Origin: an uncultured Poribacteria bacterium
GTDB taxonomy: Bacteria; Poribacteria; WGA-4E; WGA-3G
Direction: 5' to 3'
Length of the DNA: 64,000 nucleotides
Assembly: GCA_951813565.1 (NCBI GenBank)
Contig: OX638351.1
Coordinates: forward strand, 4,717,506-4,781,505
Below are positions 1-10,997 of the stretch, piece by piece; within the stretch, counting starts at the first letter, position 1, and each line of letters begins with the position of its first letter. Below the pieces are notes generated by a model. The model searched no databases and was not told the origin of the DNA. It saw only the letters and a list, made by a program, of their open reading frames with translations. Position numbers and translations under genes: made by a program.

Positions 1-954
1 ATGTTCGGTATCTTCAGCCAGTTTTGAAAGCCCTTCGTCAGACAAAGAACGAATTCGGGTAAGTTGCGAAACCAACTCATTCCGAACATACCCTTGCATG
101 ATTTCTTGCGGTGCAGGTTGATTATTAACTAAAACATAATCTATCGGAATTTTGGCGTGGTTAAGAATAGCATTGACATGGTCAGTGACTGCGTAACCAT
201 CGGTCTCTCCGGGCTGCGTCATCACATTACAAACATAAATTTTCACAGCGTTCGAACGTTGAATTGCTTCAACAATGCCTTTTATTACAAGATTCGGCAT
301 GATACTGGTGTAAAGGCTCCCTGGACCGATGATAATTGCATCCGCATTAACGAGTGCTTCCATTGCTGCCTCGTGTGCTTGACATTCATAAACTTCGTCT
401 GGGGAATGATGTGTTTTGCCGTTCTCACGGGGTTCAAAAAACACGCGTTTAATCGGTTCCCGATTTTCGCGTGTCGGAATGGTTGATTCACCTCGGACGA
501 TCTCACCATTTGTGAGTTCGGCGCAAAGAACGGTATAATCTAAGGTAACAGGGATAATTTGTCCACGCACAGCGAGGAGCCGTGATGCAGCTTGAATCGC
601 TTTTGGAAAATTGCCCTGGAATTGTTCGGTCAAGGCAGTTAATAATAAATTTCCGATTGTATGTCCACCGAGGTCACCATTACTTGAAAAGCGGTATTCC
701 CAAAGTCCAGCAAGTTCGTCTGCATCGGACAGTGTCCATAATAGCCTGCGGATATCACCTGGCGGAAGCACATCAAATTCTTCAACGAGACGTCCTGAGC
801 TGCCACCGTCGTCAGAAACAGTAACAATCGCTGCCAAACTATCCAGATCAATAATTTTTTCGTTATCTGTTTCCAGATTAGCATAGTACTTAATCCCACT
901 GAGCAGTGCGGATAATCCACTTCCACCGCCAATGCAGGCAATTTTCAAAGACAT
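1..954 (-). CDS. yvcK: YvcK/CofD-related (UPF0052) gluconeogenesis factor / UDP-GlcNAc-binding protein, partial (3' end runs off the window)
   Basis: Manually translated from ATG at 954: MSLKIACIGGGSGLSALLSG...IVTVSDDGGSSG...PPGDIRR...GHTIGNLLL...IGPGSLYTSIMPNL...NVMTQPGETDG. Not in the ORF track because there is no stop inside the window. Confidence 0.88.
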   Translation of the reverse strand, partial: MSLKIACIGGGSGLSALLSGIKYYANLETDNEKIIDLDSLAAIVTVSDDGGSSGRLVEEFDVLPPGDIRRLLWTLSDADELAGLWEYRFSSNGDLGGHTIGNLLLTALTEQFQGNFPKAIQAASRLLAVRGQIIPVTLDYTVLCAELTNGEIVRGESTIPTRENREPIKRVFFEPRENGKTHHSPDEVYECQAHEAAMEALVNADAIIIGPGSLYTSIMPNLVIKGIVEAIQRSNAVKIYVCNVMTQPGETDGYAVTDHVNAILNHAKIPIDYVLVNNQPAPQEIMQGYVRNELVSQLTRIRSLSDEGLSKLAEDTEH

Positions 955-1078
955 AATTTCTCCAAACTACCAAGATAGTGGTTAGTATTTCTTTATAGCA
1001 AACTTAACCACAAAATACGACTGTTGCACAGTCCTGAAAGACAAAAATATAGGACTCGTTTTGTCATAAATAACGCAT

Positions 1079-2485
1079 TTAAAGGTTTATCTGTTTCATT
1101 AACATCTTCAAGTTTTCAAGAGTCTCATCACAAAGTGCTTCTGCTTCTATTGTCGTAGGTGCTTCACTGAAAACACGAATTACCGGTTCCGTTCCCGATT
1201 TACGGATGTTTACCCATCTATCATCCCAAACGCGCTTGATACCGTCGGTTAATTCAAGAAATGGTCCGGATTGGGCAGTTGAGGTGCTCTCTTTCTCATA
1301 CATTTTCAGAGCGAGTTCAACGAGTTGCGTTGCGACCTCTTGTGATGGAATCTCCAATTTTTTTCGGCACATCTCGTAGTGTGGCATGGCTTCAACATGT
1401 GCTGACACTGTGGTATTAGATTCGGCAAGATGTTGAATAATTGCTGCGATAGAGGTAATACCATCTGTAGTATAGTTAATAGAGGGATAGATTACCCCTC
1501 CTGTGCCTTCACCTCCGATAACAGCATTGGTTTCGTGCATTGCCTCAACCACCCATCCTACACCAACTTTCGTTCGATGTAGTGTTACGCCGTGCTTTGC
1601 AGCAATATCATCCATCATTCGGCTTGTTGATACTGTGACGACTATGTCTCCCTTTGTTTTACTTAAAATAAAATCTGCTACGAAAGCAACGGTCCATTCG
1701 CCGCTCAATGCTATGCCGCCATCCGTAACAATTACAACCCTATCCGCATCACCATCATGGGCAAATCCTATATCTGCCCGTGTTTCACGTACCTTTTTAC
1801 ACAGTTCACCTAAAGCATCAGGTGTGGGTTCTGCGGGACGACGAAAATTACCATCAGGCACACAATTAATTTCAACTACCTCACAGCCCAGTTCATGCAA
1901 TAGGACTGGACTAATTACACATCCCGCACCGTTCCCACAATCAAGTGCTACCTTCAAATTGGTATTTCGGATTAAATCTACGTCAAGCCACGGTGAACTG
2001 AGAATTTGCTTAAGATGATGTTCGGTAGCATCTTTGAATACCTCAAGTGTTCCTTGCTTGTCCCATTGTGCTAAGGTAAAATCTTCAGTTTCATAGGTGT
2101 GTGTCAATTTGTCTCGTTCTGTTTGTGTCAGGAGCTTTCCAGACTCTGACGCAAATTCTATGCCATTCCACTCTACCGGGTTATGGCTCGCTGTGATAGT
2201 AATACAACCTTGCGCGCCGAGCGTTTTCGCCATCAAAAGAACAGTAGGCGTAGGACACAAACCGACATCAATAACGTGACACCCTGTGGCAAAAAGTCCA
2301 GCAAGCACCGCGTGCCGAATCATCGGACTTGAGGTGCGCGAATCTCGCCCCATTACCACAGTTTTACCACCAACAAATGTGCCAAATGCAAGCGCAAACC
2401 GCGTGATGATACGCGCATCAAGCGAAATGCCAACCTGCCCCCGAACCCCTGAAACGCTAATTATTGGGTCTTTTGTCTTAGTCAT
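1079..2485 (-). CDS. glmM: Phosphoglucosamine mutase / phosphomannomutase (alpha-D-phosphohexomutase family)
   Basis: SGVRG, GRDSR, TASHNP (catalytic Ser), DGDADR (metal loop), GGEGTGG and RKSGTEP motifs. Confidence 0.85.
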   Translation of the reverse strand: MTKTKDPIISVSGVRGQVGISLDARIITRFALAFGTFVGGKTVVMGRDSRTSSPMIRHAVLAGLFATGCHVIDVGLCPTPTVLLMAKTLGAQGCITITASHNPVEWNGIEFASESGKLLTQTERDKLTHTYETEDFTLAQWDKQGTLEVFKDATEHHLKQILSSPWLDVDLIRNTNLKVALDCGNGAGCVISPVLLHELGCEVVEINCVPDGNFRRPAEPTPDALGELCKKVRETRADIGFAHDGDADRVVIVTDGGIALSGEWTVAFVADFILSKTKGDIVVTVSTSRMMDDIAAKHGVTLHRTKVGVGWVVEAMHETNAVIGGEGTGGVIYPSINYTTDGITSIAAIIQHLAESNTTVSAHVEAMPHYEMCRKKLEIPSQEVATQLVELALKMYEKESTSTAQSGPFLELTDGIKRVWDDRWVNIRKSGTEPVIRVFSEAPTTIEAEALCDETLENLKMLMKQINL

Positions 2486-3324
2486 GAAGCATTAAGTCTC
2501 TTTACAGTAATAGTTGCAATCTTAAATATATAGATACAAACTTTGCGGATTCTACATATTAGCCATGAAACTAAAAAACAACATCCTGCTATCAAAAGTT
2601 GCCAGAAACAGATAATATACCAAGATGGGTATGAGAAATCATAAGACGTAATCGGTGTTCGTTCATAGAGCAAAGGTGTCCTAAAAATGTCCATCCCGTC
2701 AAAGATATTGCACACGGCAACAAGCGGATTTAGGTGAAGAACAGGCTGAATAATCGGTTGAAGATTGTTGATATATCGTCCTAAGGGCATGAAAAAAAAT
2801 GCACTGCCAATTAAAATGCATGACAAAAAATAGGCACACTCTGTTCCAAAGATAGCATCCTTGAAAACCTGTGTGCCCCACATGCCAATGGCACCCGTCG
2901 AAAAACTAAAAAGCCCCAAAACAACTAACATCTTCAACACTTTATCGATTGACATGCCGATAACAAAGACCGAAAAATTCGTTGATAAAAACACCCAACA
3001 TAACAGCGGAATCTGACTAATTGCAAACCGTATCAAGAGGGGCTTGCCAAAAGAGATAGGGCTAAGTGATAGTAAATGCGCGGAAGAACTACTTCCGCTT
3101 TCAGATCGCACACTTAAAGCTGCTAAATAGGGCGCTACTAAAAGTACAACGAATGTCTGTGCAAGCGCAAAACATTCCGCAGACGAACCGAGTTTCGCGT
3201 GTGTCAACAATTGGTATGTCAACCATTGAAGAAAGCTTGCAATACCGATACAAACGAGGAATGTTTTCTTACTGTAAGGCTTGGCTTCAATAACAGCATT
3301 CATTGTTGCTACCCATAACTGCAC
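2482..3324 (-). CDS. Multi-pass membrane protein, ABC-2 permease-like
   Basis: About 6 hydrophobic segments; 'LLSLSPIS...L..RF' and 'LNPL' patterns; overlaps glmM start (ATGA). Confidence 0.5.
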   Translation of the reverse strand: MQLWVATMNAVIEAKPYSKKTFLVCIGIASFLQWLTYQLLTHAKLGSSAECFALAQTFVVLLVAPYLAALSVRSESGSSSSAHLLSLSPISFGKPLLIRFAISQIPLLCWVFLSTNFSVFVIGMSIDKVLKMLVVLGLFSFSTGAIGMWGTQVFKDAIFGTECAYFLSCILIGSAFFFMPLGRYINNLQPIIQPVLHLNPLVAVCNIFDGMDIFRTPLLYERTPITSYDFSYPSWYIICFWQLLIAGCCFLVSWLICRIRKVCIYIFKIATITVKRLNAS

Positions 3325-3978
3325 TTATTCTTCTTGGAGCTCACGTCGAAGCTGCATAAGCGACTCGGCAATAGAAACAAGATTCGGATTAATAATTAAT
3401 GCCTGTTTATAAGCGTCAACCGCTTCATCAATTTTACCTAATCTGAGATAAACATGCCCCATGCCTGCAAATGCACCAAAATGATGTGAATTGAGTTTAA
3501 TTGTCTGTTTACAATCTTTGAGTGCGTTTTCCCACGCTTCCAGCATAAAATAGGCGATCGCGCGTTGGTTATACCCCTCAGCAAAATTTGGTGATGTTTC
3601 AATTACCGCGGTAAATTGTTCTACTGCTTCTGTAAAGTTTTCATTCTTAAGGTGTCTTTTACCCGTTTTGAGCATTTTGTCAACGGATTCGTCCCCTGAG
3701 CGGGACCATACGTTCCACAACGCTATTTCAGTGTTAAGGCATGCGCGAAGATCGTCATTTTTGAGGTTTTCCACTAACGCCGGAACCACGTTCATACCGC
3801 CGACTAATCCGAGCGCAGTGGCTGCAGCGCGACCCACCAGTGGATCTTCGTTTTGAAGATAGTCTATTAGATCGCCTTCAGAGTATTTTGATGTGAGAAG
3901 TTCTTTAAGGCTTTCTTCATCTGCTGCGTTTTTGAACATCTGTACCGCTAATTCCGAAAATCCGTTGCGTGCTGGCAT
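3325..3978 (-). CDS. HEAT-repeat + TPR protein
   Basis: N-terminal HEAT-like 'DPLVGRAAATALG..VPALVENL'; C-terminal TPRs 'AEGYNQRAIAYF', 'AFAGMGHVYLRLGKIDEAVDAYKQALIINP'; RBS AAGGAGG. Confidence 0.8.
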   Translation of the reverse strand: MPARNGFSELAVQMFKNAADEESLKELLTSKYSEGDLIDYLQNEDPLVGRAAATALGLVGGMNVVPALVENLKNDDLRACLNTEIALWNVWSRSGDESVDKMLKTGKRHLKNENFTEAVEQFTAVIETSPNFAEGYNQRAIAYFMLEAWENALKDCKQTIKLNSHHFGAFAGMGHVYLRLGKIDEAVDAYKQALIINPNLVSIAESLMQLRRELQEE

Positions 3979-4133
3979 GGTTATTCCTCCTTATTTCATG
4001 TTGATTATAGCATATCTTTGTTGAAAATAACAATGCAAAAGTCTATGGCTATGGTAGATTTTACAATTAGCGATATCCCTTCTATCGGCGCGCTTACAAA
4101 GCGCGTCTACCAGTAGGCGTCTACATTTTTATA

Positions 4134-5272
4134 CGCAATAAGTCGTTTTGGACTTGGAAGTTTTTATTTTTCAGATTTCTCACGTTATACTTTCGGTGAG
4201 AAACTTTTCAAAGATGTTGGTTTCTCGGTAGTTATATTTATAGCATGCCTCTGCGAGATACAGGGGCGTGTATCTTGTTGAGTAGTGGTGGTGTTGTCCA
4301 TACCATGCCCTCTTGACGAAAGACCAAAAGCCTTCCATCGTATTGGTATGGATGTCGCCAGCCTCCCATTTCTCACTACGGTTAAGTGTCTCATGTTTCA
4401 TTTCCTTACCGATTTCGTTGTAGCCTCTATACTGATCAGTAATGAGTTCAGAATCTTCGGTATTGACGAATCTGTTGATGAAGTCGGAGATCGTCTCACC
4501 AGTGACGTTGGATACGAGTTGTGCGATGACGTGTCCACCACGTGCGACTGCGCCCAGCACGGCATCTTTAGCGGTGCCGCGTCCGCGTTTACGGGGTTCA
4601 CCATCCTCCCGGTCATAGTCTTTGCGACGCTTACCACCGATATAGGTTTCATCTGCTTCAATGACCCCTTGTAGTAAGACATTATCCTTTCCCATCTCTG
4701 TGCGTATAGCCATCATTAGACACCAAGCAGCTTTCTGTTTCATCCCTAAATCGCGTGCCAGTTGATAGGAGGACAAACTTTTCTTTGCGTTTGCCATGAG
4801 AGCGATAGCGAGAAACCACTTTTGGAGCGGTATTTTCGTGCCGTGAAATATTGTGCCGTGTGTCACCTTGAATGTAGCACGGCAATCGTGGCAGTTCCAG
4901 CGTTCGACACGCCCAACCTCGTGTTCGTTCCGCCTTCGGACGTTTAGACTTGGACAATGCGGGCATTCTGGGGATTCTTTTCATCGGAGCCGCTCCAGAT
5001 ATTCGATGCAATCCTCTTGCGTTGAGAACGTCTTCATCACCTTGATTAGATCCATCAGAAAACACTCCTGTTTTTTGGAGTTGCATTTTTCTGATAGTTT
5101 CTGATACAATATCAGATAAGTGTGAACCAGAAAAGCAACTCGCTTTTTTGAGTTTCAAATAGGGGGTTGATACCCCCTATTTTCTTACTGATATTATACT
5201 ATGAAAACCCTTTATTTACAAGGGTTTAGCGCACTTTTCCAACTTTTGTCAAGTCCAAAACGACTTATTCCG
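4134..5272 (-). mobile_element. IS1595-family insertion sequence
   Basis: 23-bp terminal IRs with 1 mismatch (CGCAATAAGTCGTTTTGGACTTG / CAAGTCCAAAACGACTTATTCCG); 8-bp target duplication TTTTTATA at 4126-4133 and 5273-5280. Confidence 0.93.
4180..5055 (-). pseudogene. IS1595 (ISXO2-like) transposase with in-frame TGA at 4981-4983
   Basis: MDLIKVMKTFSTQEDCIEYLERLR*KESPECPHC...WNCHDC...EADETYIGG...ITDQYRGY...HTNTMEGFWS. The stop falls where the usual Trp of 'RW' is expected (TGG>TGA). Confidence 0.88.
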
Positions 5273-5291
5273 TTTTTATATTTAGGCATAA

Positions 5292-6359
5292 ATGCCTCTG
5301 ACACTTGTCAAAAAGTGTTTTTTCAACTACAATGTGTATGTGTACACCTTAGAACCTCTTACACCTCAAAATTGTAACGAATGGGATGCTGTTATCCAGC
5401 AATGTCCTAATAGCACTGCTTTTCAAGCCTCTGTATGGCGAGATGCACTTGCAAATTCCTTCAAGCAACTTGATCCTGTGCACATGCTTATTAAACAAAA
5501 CGGGACGGTAATCGGTGGAATCCCCGCATTTGTGTTTGAGCCGATACCGGGTATCCGATTGTGGCATTCAATGCCGTGGAACCTATTTGGTGGTCCACAA
5601 ATAATTGATGCCGCCAAAGTGGATACCGTATCGTTGATTTCAACCATTGAGACCTATCTTCAAACCGTATCATCTGAAAAAGGGTGGTGTGAACTGTGCT
5701 GGACACTTTTACCCGATGACACTTTAAAATATGGCGATTCGCTAACAGAAATGGGGTATGCACGGACAGAACGGTTTACACATATTTTAAAAACGAACGG
5801 AGATATTGACGCCCTTTGGCACGCCTACAATAAACGTGTCCGAGGTGCTGTTAGGAAAGCGCAAAAATCGGGTGTGGAGGTTACCGATACCGAAAGTGAG
5901 GCGGATTTATCCACATTTTACGACATGTATCTTACAACTGTAAAACGTTTAGGCGGGACACCGAAACCCCGCGCGCTCATGCAAATGCTTCTGCAGCACG
6001 GTATTGCCAAACTTGCTATCGCTACATATCAAGGCACTGTCATTGCAGGATTACTCTATCTCTATTTCAATCGCACTGTAACTTTGTGGTGTGAGGCTTC
6101 TGTACCTGCGTATCTACAATACCGTCCGAATAATGCAATTTTTCACCATATTATCACATGGGCATGCAAGGAAGGGTATGAATGGGTGGATTTCGGCGCC
6201 TCGCCACCGGAAAATGAAGGATTGATTGCACACAAGGAACAATATCGTGCTAAAAAAACTGATTTCTGTAGTTATACCAAGATAGTTTCGTCATTCAAAA
6301 GATCGTTGTGGACACAGAGTGAGAGTGTACTTAGGAAAATTTATACGTGGATGCAGTAG
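5292..6359 (+). CDS. GNAT-family (FemAB/CelD-like) acyltransferase
   Basis: 'W...I..PNSTAFQ...W', 'RGAVRKAQKSGV', 'YRPNNAIFHHIITWACKEGYEWVDFG'; start uncertain. Confidence 0.75.
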   Translation: MPLTLVKKCFFNYNVYVYTLEPLTPQNCNEWDAVIQQCPNSTAFQASVWRDALANSFKQLDPVHMLIKQNGTVIGGIPAFVFEPIPGIRLWHSMPWNLFGGPQIIDAAKVDTVSLISTIETYLQTVSSEKGWCELCWTLLPDDTLKYGDSLTEMGYARTERFTHILKTNGDIDALWHAYNKRVRGAVRKAQKSGVEVTDTESEADLSTFYDMYLTTVKRLGGTPKPRALMQMLLQHGIAKLAIATYQGTVIAGLLYLYFNRTVTLWCEASVPAYLQYRPNNAIFHHIITWACKEGYEWVDFGASPPENEGLIAHKEQYRAKKTDFCSYTKIVSSFKRSLWTQSESVLRKIYTWMQ

Positions 6360-6436
6360 TCCGTATGTCAGTAGAGTTTGTGAAATCTGACGGACAAAAT
6401 AATACAATATAATCACATAGAAATGGAATTATAATT

Positions 6437-8389
6437 ATGAGTCAAACAATCCCCTCCAAAAAGGAAAACTCTCTCATGCAAAAAATAGTAGTTTTAATTT
6501 TAACAATTACGTCGGCGATATGTATTATTCCTGAAAACACGACTGCACAAGACACACAAGATTGGCATTTGCGCCATCTACCCGAAGGCGTGAAAGCGCG
6601 ACTCGGTAGAGGCGGTATAACAGGAAACATCGCCTATTCGCCTGACGAAGAATATTTAGCGGCGGCGAGTAGCATCGGCATTTGGGTCTATAACGCGCAA
6701 ACAGACGCACCGCTCCAGTTACTCACAGGACATACGGGTAGAGTCACGAGCATTGCGTTTAGTCCAGACCGTTCTTTATTGGCAAGTGCAGGTGAGGACA
6801 AGACCGTCCGTTTGTGGGATGCGCGCACCGGCACTGAACTTCGGACAATGGTGGGACACAATTGGGGTGTTGCAGGTGTAGCGTTCAGTCCAGATGGCAC
6901 ACTGTTAGCAAGTGGGTCCCATGACTCGACCGTCAGCCTATGGGATGTGCACACCGGCGAAGAACTCAGGACAATGGACGGGCATACAAAGGATGTCTTA
7001 TGTGTTGCTTTTAGTCCGGATGGTGCTACACTGGCGAGTGCAAGTGATGACAGAACGTTGCGTCTGTGGGATGTGCAGACAGGCGCATTGGTGCGAACAA
7101 TGAAAGCGTATGAAACAGATGAAATAAAAACCGTTGCGTTTAGTCCGGATGGCAAGACAATTGCAAGTGCCAGTAATCATAACAGCGCACATCTGTGGGA
7201 CGCACAGACGGGCAAATTACGCAGCGTGTTGGAAGCACATAATGATAGTATTGGTTTGGAAGGACATAATAGTGATATTGATAGTATTATCTTCAGTCCA
7301 GACGGATCAAAACTGGCAACTGCAAGCCAGGACTACACCGCACGTCTATGGGACGCACAGACAGGAACACATCTCCGCGCGCTGAAAGGACACACGTCTA
7401 ATGTCTTGAGCATCACGTTTAGTCCTGACGGAAAGACGGTGCGGACCGGTAGTCGGGATGGCACCATCCGCTTGTGGGACCCAAACACCAGCGTGCAGTT
7501 GCGGACGATAAGCGGACATACGAATCGTGTCTATAGCGTTATGTTCAGCCCGGATGGGAAAGTGCTTGCCAGCGGAAGCATGGACAATACCATTCAATTA
7601 TGGGATACGCGGACAGGAGAATCGCTTCGTGTGCTGAAAGGACATACTCAGCCTGTCAGTAGCGTAGTGTTCAGTCCGGATGGGAAAACTATCGCGAGTG
7701 CTGGTGAGGACGGGACCATTCGTTTATGGGATGCGCAAACAGGGGAATCTCTTCGGACACTGAAGGAGCATCGATTTTGGATATCAAGTCTTGCTTTCAG
7801 TCCAGAAGGGGAGAAACTCGTAAGTACCGGTGATGGCAAAGCACTGCGTGTGTGGGATACGCAAACAGGTGAACAAAGACATATTCTGATGCATATCGAG
7901 GAGATCAATAGTGTTGCGTTTAGTCCGGATGGGTCTCTGGTGGTGTGCGGACTTGAAAACGGCAGCATCCGCTTGTGGAACTCGAATAAACCGGCCACCG
8001 ATAAATTTGGCTGGTCATTGAAAAAGCATACGGGTCCTGTAAATAGCGTTGCGTTCAGGCCGGATGGGTCTTTGTTAGCAAGCGCATCTGAGGATGGTTC
8101 TATTCGTTTGTGGAATCCACAGACGGGTGAATCTATCCGGACAGTGAAAACAGAAGGGAGTCCTTACCGTTGCGTTACGTTTAGTCCGGATGGGAAGATA
8201 TTGGTGAGTGGCGGTTGGGACGCGACCGTCAGTTTATGGGATGTACGCACTGGCGACCTCATTATCGAGTTGAAAGCACATACATCTCTTGTGAATAGCG
8301 TTACGTTTAGTCCGGATGGAAAAACACTGGCGAGTGGAAGTTCGGATGGCACTGTGTTGTTGTGGGATCTCGCGGTTGATGTGGATTAG
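6437..8389 (+). CDS. Secreted WD40-repeat protein (~13-14 repeats)
   Basis: Signal peptide, 'LPEGVKARLGRG' N-terminal motif, repeated GHT..V.SVAFSPDG..LAS.S.D.T.RLWD units. Confidence 0.93.
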   Translation: MSQTIPSKKENSLMQKIVVLILTITSAICIIPENTTAQDTQDWHLRHLPEGVKARLGRGGITGNIAYSPDEEYLAAASSIGIWVYNAQTDAPLQLLTGHTGRVTSIAFSPDRSLLASAGEDKTVRLWDARTGTELRTMVGHNWGVAGVAFSPDGTLLASGSHDSTVSLWDVHTGEELRTMDGHTKDVLCVAFSPDGATLASASDDRTLRLWDVQTGALVRTMKAYETDEIKTVAFSPDGKTIASASNHNSAHLWDAQTGKLRSVLEAHNDSIGLEGHNSDIDSIIFSPDGSKLATASQDYTARLWDAQTGTHLRALKGHTSNVLSITFSPDGKTVRTGSRDGTIRLWDPNTSVQLRTISGHTNRVYSVMFSPDGKVLASGSMDNTIQLWDTRTGESLRVLKGHTQPVSSVVFSPDGKTIASAGEDGTIRLWDAQTGESLRTLKEHRFWISSLAFSPEGEKLVSTGDGKALRVWDTQTGEQRHILMHIEEINSVAFSPDGSLVVCGLENGSIRLWNSNKPATDKFGWSLKKHTGPVNSVAFRPDGSLLASASEDGSIRLWNPQTGESIRTVKTEGSPYRCVTFSPDGKILVSGGWDATVSLWDVRTGDLIIELKAHTSLVNSVTFSPDGKTLASGSSDGTVLLWDLAVDVD

Positions 8390-8466
8390 ACTGCACACCT
8401 CAACGGTAGGAGCATTTTGTAAACGCGCTGGGCTCAGCTCAAAGACGACACACACGGAGCGTTTAG

Positions 8467-8579
8467 ATGAAGTTTAAAAAATAAATCGGTCCTTTGGCGA
8501 GGTTAGGAAACCTCGCCAGCAGCGGGCACATCTGCCTCGTGCGGACAGAAAATTACCGAAAGAATAAGTTAATCTTCAT
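8467..8579. repeat. MITE-like element (ATGAAG..TCGGT / ACCGA..CTTCAT ends) with REP-like hairpin core
   Basis: Same end family as 53455-53732; core GGCGAGGTTAGGAAACCTCGCC. Confidence 0.6.
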
Positions 8580-8580
8580 T

Positions 8581-8921
8581 TACTATAGTTTGGACAATTT
8601 GATCCTGTCAGGACTTCCGAATAAGTGTAAAAACTGCAATATAAAGGCTCTTGTATCTCTGAGTTTTGTATGAAATCACTGTATTTTGCGATATTTTTTG
8701 CCAAGATCGTCAAAAATGTGTAAATCTGCTCAGTTTCACGTAGTGTCTTCATCTATTTTTAGATTTTTTTCTAAGTTTTGTTTCGGATCGTTACTCGCAG
8801 AAAAATGCGGAAAAGAGGATCCATTTTGATGTCCTTTCAAAATAGTGTTGTTATATGCTGAAAGGATAAACTCTTTTCTGCTTTTGTGTCAAAAAAACTT
8901 AAAACTGTCCAAAGTATAGTA
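8581..8921. repeat. MITE-like element (TACTATAGTTTGGACA ends)
   Basis: 16-bp IR with 1 mismatch (8581-8596 / 8906-8921); same ends as 56996-57805; non-coding AT-rich interior. Confidence 0.7.
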
Positions 8922-9021
8922 ATATTAGATGAATTCGGAAAATGCACTATTGAAAACACCGGAATTCCATTCTATCTAACTGATAACCTCAACCCACGTT
9001 CGTAAATACAGGAAACAATTC

Positions 9022-9852
9022 ATGGAATCTCCTCACCTAACAGAAACACAACGAAAACATTGGCAAGAACAGGGGTATCTTCTCATAAAACAAGTGCTTT
9101 CACCAACAGAAATTGAAGCACTTTTGACAGCAGTGGACTCGGTAATAGAAAGCTACGTCCAGCAGACACCAAATTTACAAGGAGCACGATTTGGAAAGGG
9201 CGCGTACACCATTATACGAGCAATTGAGCGAACCGATGCGCTTGATCCGCTCACCGACCACCCACGCACCTTCGGCACAATCTTATCATTGATGGGACCG
9301 TATCTACAAATAATGGGAACACAAATATATGTGCGTCATCCGGATGCGGAGGCGTTGATGGGGTTTCATACAGATGCTGGACCATCACTCCAACGGATTC
9401 ATCCGCACGCTGACAGTCTACCTTTGCAATTCAAAATCCAGTTTTTCTTGACTGATCTTTCTGAACCTGACCAAGCGAATTTTATGTGTGTGCCGAGGAG
9501 CCATAAAAAGCCGTTTCCAGAAAAACGATTTCAAAAAGGCAAGTATCCTGAAGGAGCAGTCCAAGTCCTCGCTGAGGCAGGAGATGCAGTTATTTTTCCG
9601 TGGGCATTGTGGCACGGCGTCGGTCCAAATCGGACTGACAGCATCCGAAAAAGTGTTACATTCCGTTATGGGCAGATGTGGTGCCGCCCTTACGATTACG
9701 ACAAACTTCCCGCAGATGTGTTAGAACGGATGACACCGCGTCGCCGTAGGTTATTCGGCGATATGGGAGAGGATTTTCATCCTACCGATTACTACAAACC
9801 GAAAGACCAAATTGATATTATTTGTAGCGATGAATGGCATTTATCTTTATAA
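9022..9852 (+). CDS. Phytanoyl-CoA dioxygenase (PhyH) family Fe(II)/2OG dioxygenase
   Basis: 'W.EQGYLLIK.VLS', HxD (FHTDAG), 'VPRSHK', 'AGDAVIF...LWHG..PN.T...R'. Confidence 0.9.
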   Translation: MESPHLTETQRKHWQEQGYLLIKQVLSPTEIEALLTAVDSVIESYVQQTPNLQGARFGKGAYTIIRAIERTDALDPLTDHPRTFGTILSLMGPYLQIMGTQIYVRHPDAEALMGFHTDAGPSLQRIHPHADSLPLQFKIQFFLTDLSEPDQANFMCVPRSHKKPFPEKRFQKGKYPEGAVQVLAEAGDAVIFPWALWHGVGPNRTDSIRKSVTFRYGQMWCRPYDYDKLPADVLERMTPRRRRLFGDMGEDFHPTDYYKPKDQIDIICSDEWHLSL

Positions 9853-10079
9853 CGACTTGTGTTAGTTAACTATTTGTTTGTATTCTTTTCACACATATTG
9901 AACTCATGTTATACACATATCGTCCCTACCAAATCAACGTCAAATGCGCTTATGGCATTTGTCGGGACTGAAGAAGGAATCAACTAATGATAAAAACTAA
10001 CAAAACGTCATGTAATTGTGAAACAATATTTTACAAATAGTTATTTAGCACAACACGTCTTTATAATAAAGAAGTGATC

Positions 10080-10997
10080 CTAACTCGCTTGCTGCAATTT
10101 CAGAAACAGGTCTCGGAAAATTGCATCACGATTCACGCTTGTCGCAACACGCATCAGGTGCCGATTGTTATCAAAACTCCACGTTACAGCATCTGTCAGA
10201 ATAGGACTATGCACAATTTCTGTTGGCACCCAACTGCTATTGACAAGATACGCTGTCGCTGATATATCCCAGATAACTTTTGACCAACCGAAGTGGTCTT
10301 TGTGGTAGTCTTTGAAAATTTCAACGAGATAATCACCGATTTTTCCCTGTCCTTGAACGTAACGCTCCATCTCAGCGACTGTTGTGTGTAAATGTGAAAC
10401 CACGCCACGTGCGGGAAGATGGACAAACGGCACACCACAATCAAGAACCAATCGCGCAGCGTGGATATCTTGTGCCAAGTTGAATTCTCGTGTATGAGAC
10501 CAGTATAGCGGATTACCACCAAGCCAGACTACTACTATATTTTTGATAATTTCAGGTTCAAGCAGAATTGCAGAAGCAACATTCGTAATTGCCCCAACAG
10601 CGACAACGTAAAGAGGCTCATCGGTGTTTGCTATTGCGCGTTCAATCATATCGGTTGCTGCATCGCTCGGCACAGCAGCCTTTCCATCTGACAGGAAAGT
10701 CTTTGAACCGCGATAAACAAAACCATCGGAATCAACGCCAAGAAAGTCTAATAGCCGCAGAATTTCGTCGTAGCTTTTCTCCATGCCATCTTCAGCATTC
10801 GCAGAACGGTTGTTGTGAAAGGGGGCAGCGTATATCGCTTCAACATTGAGTTGATCGGGTGAGAGAAGCGCGTGAACAACTGCAAACTGGTCGTCAATTT
10901 CATTGTAGGTGTCCGTATCAAGCACCATTCGGACGCGTCCCTCTGGAAGTTGTAACATCTCTAAACATCTTGACTCAGACAGGTTTGGGAAGTTCAT
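10080..10997 (-). CDS. Inosine-uridine preferring nucleoside hydrolase family
   Basis: 'VLDTDTYNEIDDQFA', 'AVGAITNVASA', 'EFN', 'IWDI'; start placed at ATG 10997 (ORF track extends to 11060). Confidence 0.88.
   Translation of the reverse strand: MNFPNLSESRCLEMLQLPEGRVRMVLDTDTYNEIDDQFAVVHALLSPDQLNVEAIYAAPFHNNRSANAEDGMEKSYDEILRLLDFLGVDSDGFVYRGSKTFLSDGKAAVPSDAATDMIERAIANTDEPLYVVAVGAITNVASAILLEPEIIKNIVVVWLGGNPLYWSHTREFNLAQDIHAARLVLDCGVPFVHLPARGVVSHLHTTVAEMERYVQGQGKIGDYLVEIFKDYHKDHFGWSKVIWDISATAYLVNSSWVPTEIVHSPILTDAVTWSFDNNRHLMRVATSVNRDAIFRDLFLKLQQAS

Noticed and set aside
4981..4983. TGA recoding (Trp/Sec)
   Set aside because: TGA terminates several ordinary genes in the window; a single nonsense mutation is simpler
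4682..5158. 158-aa ORF as a separate IS gene
   Set aside because: Out-of-frame overlap with the real transposase N-terminus
6437..8389. WD40 nucleotide repeats as DGR template/variable repeats
   Set aside because: Explained by protein repeats; no reverse transcriptase or adenine-specific pattern noticed
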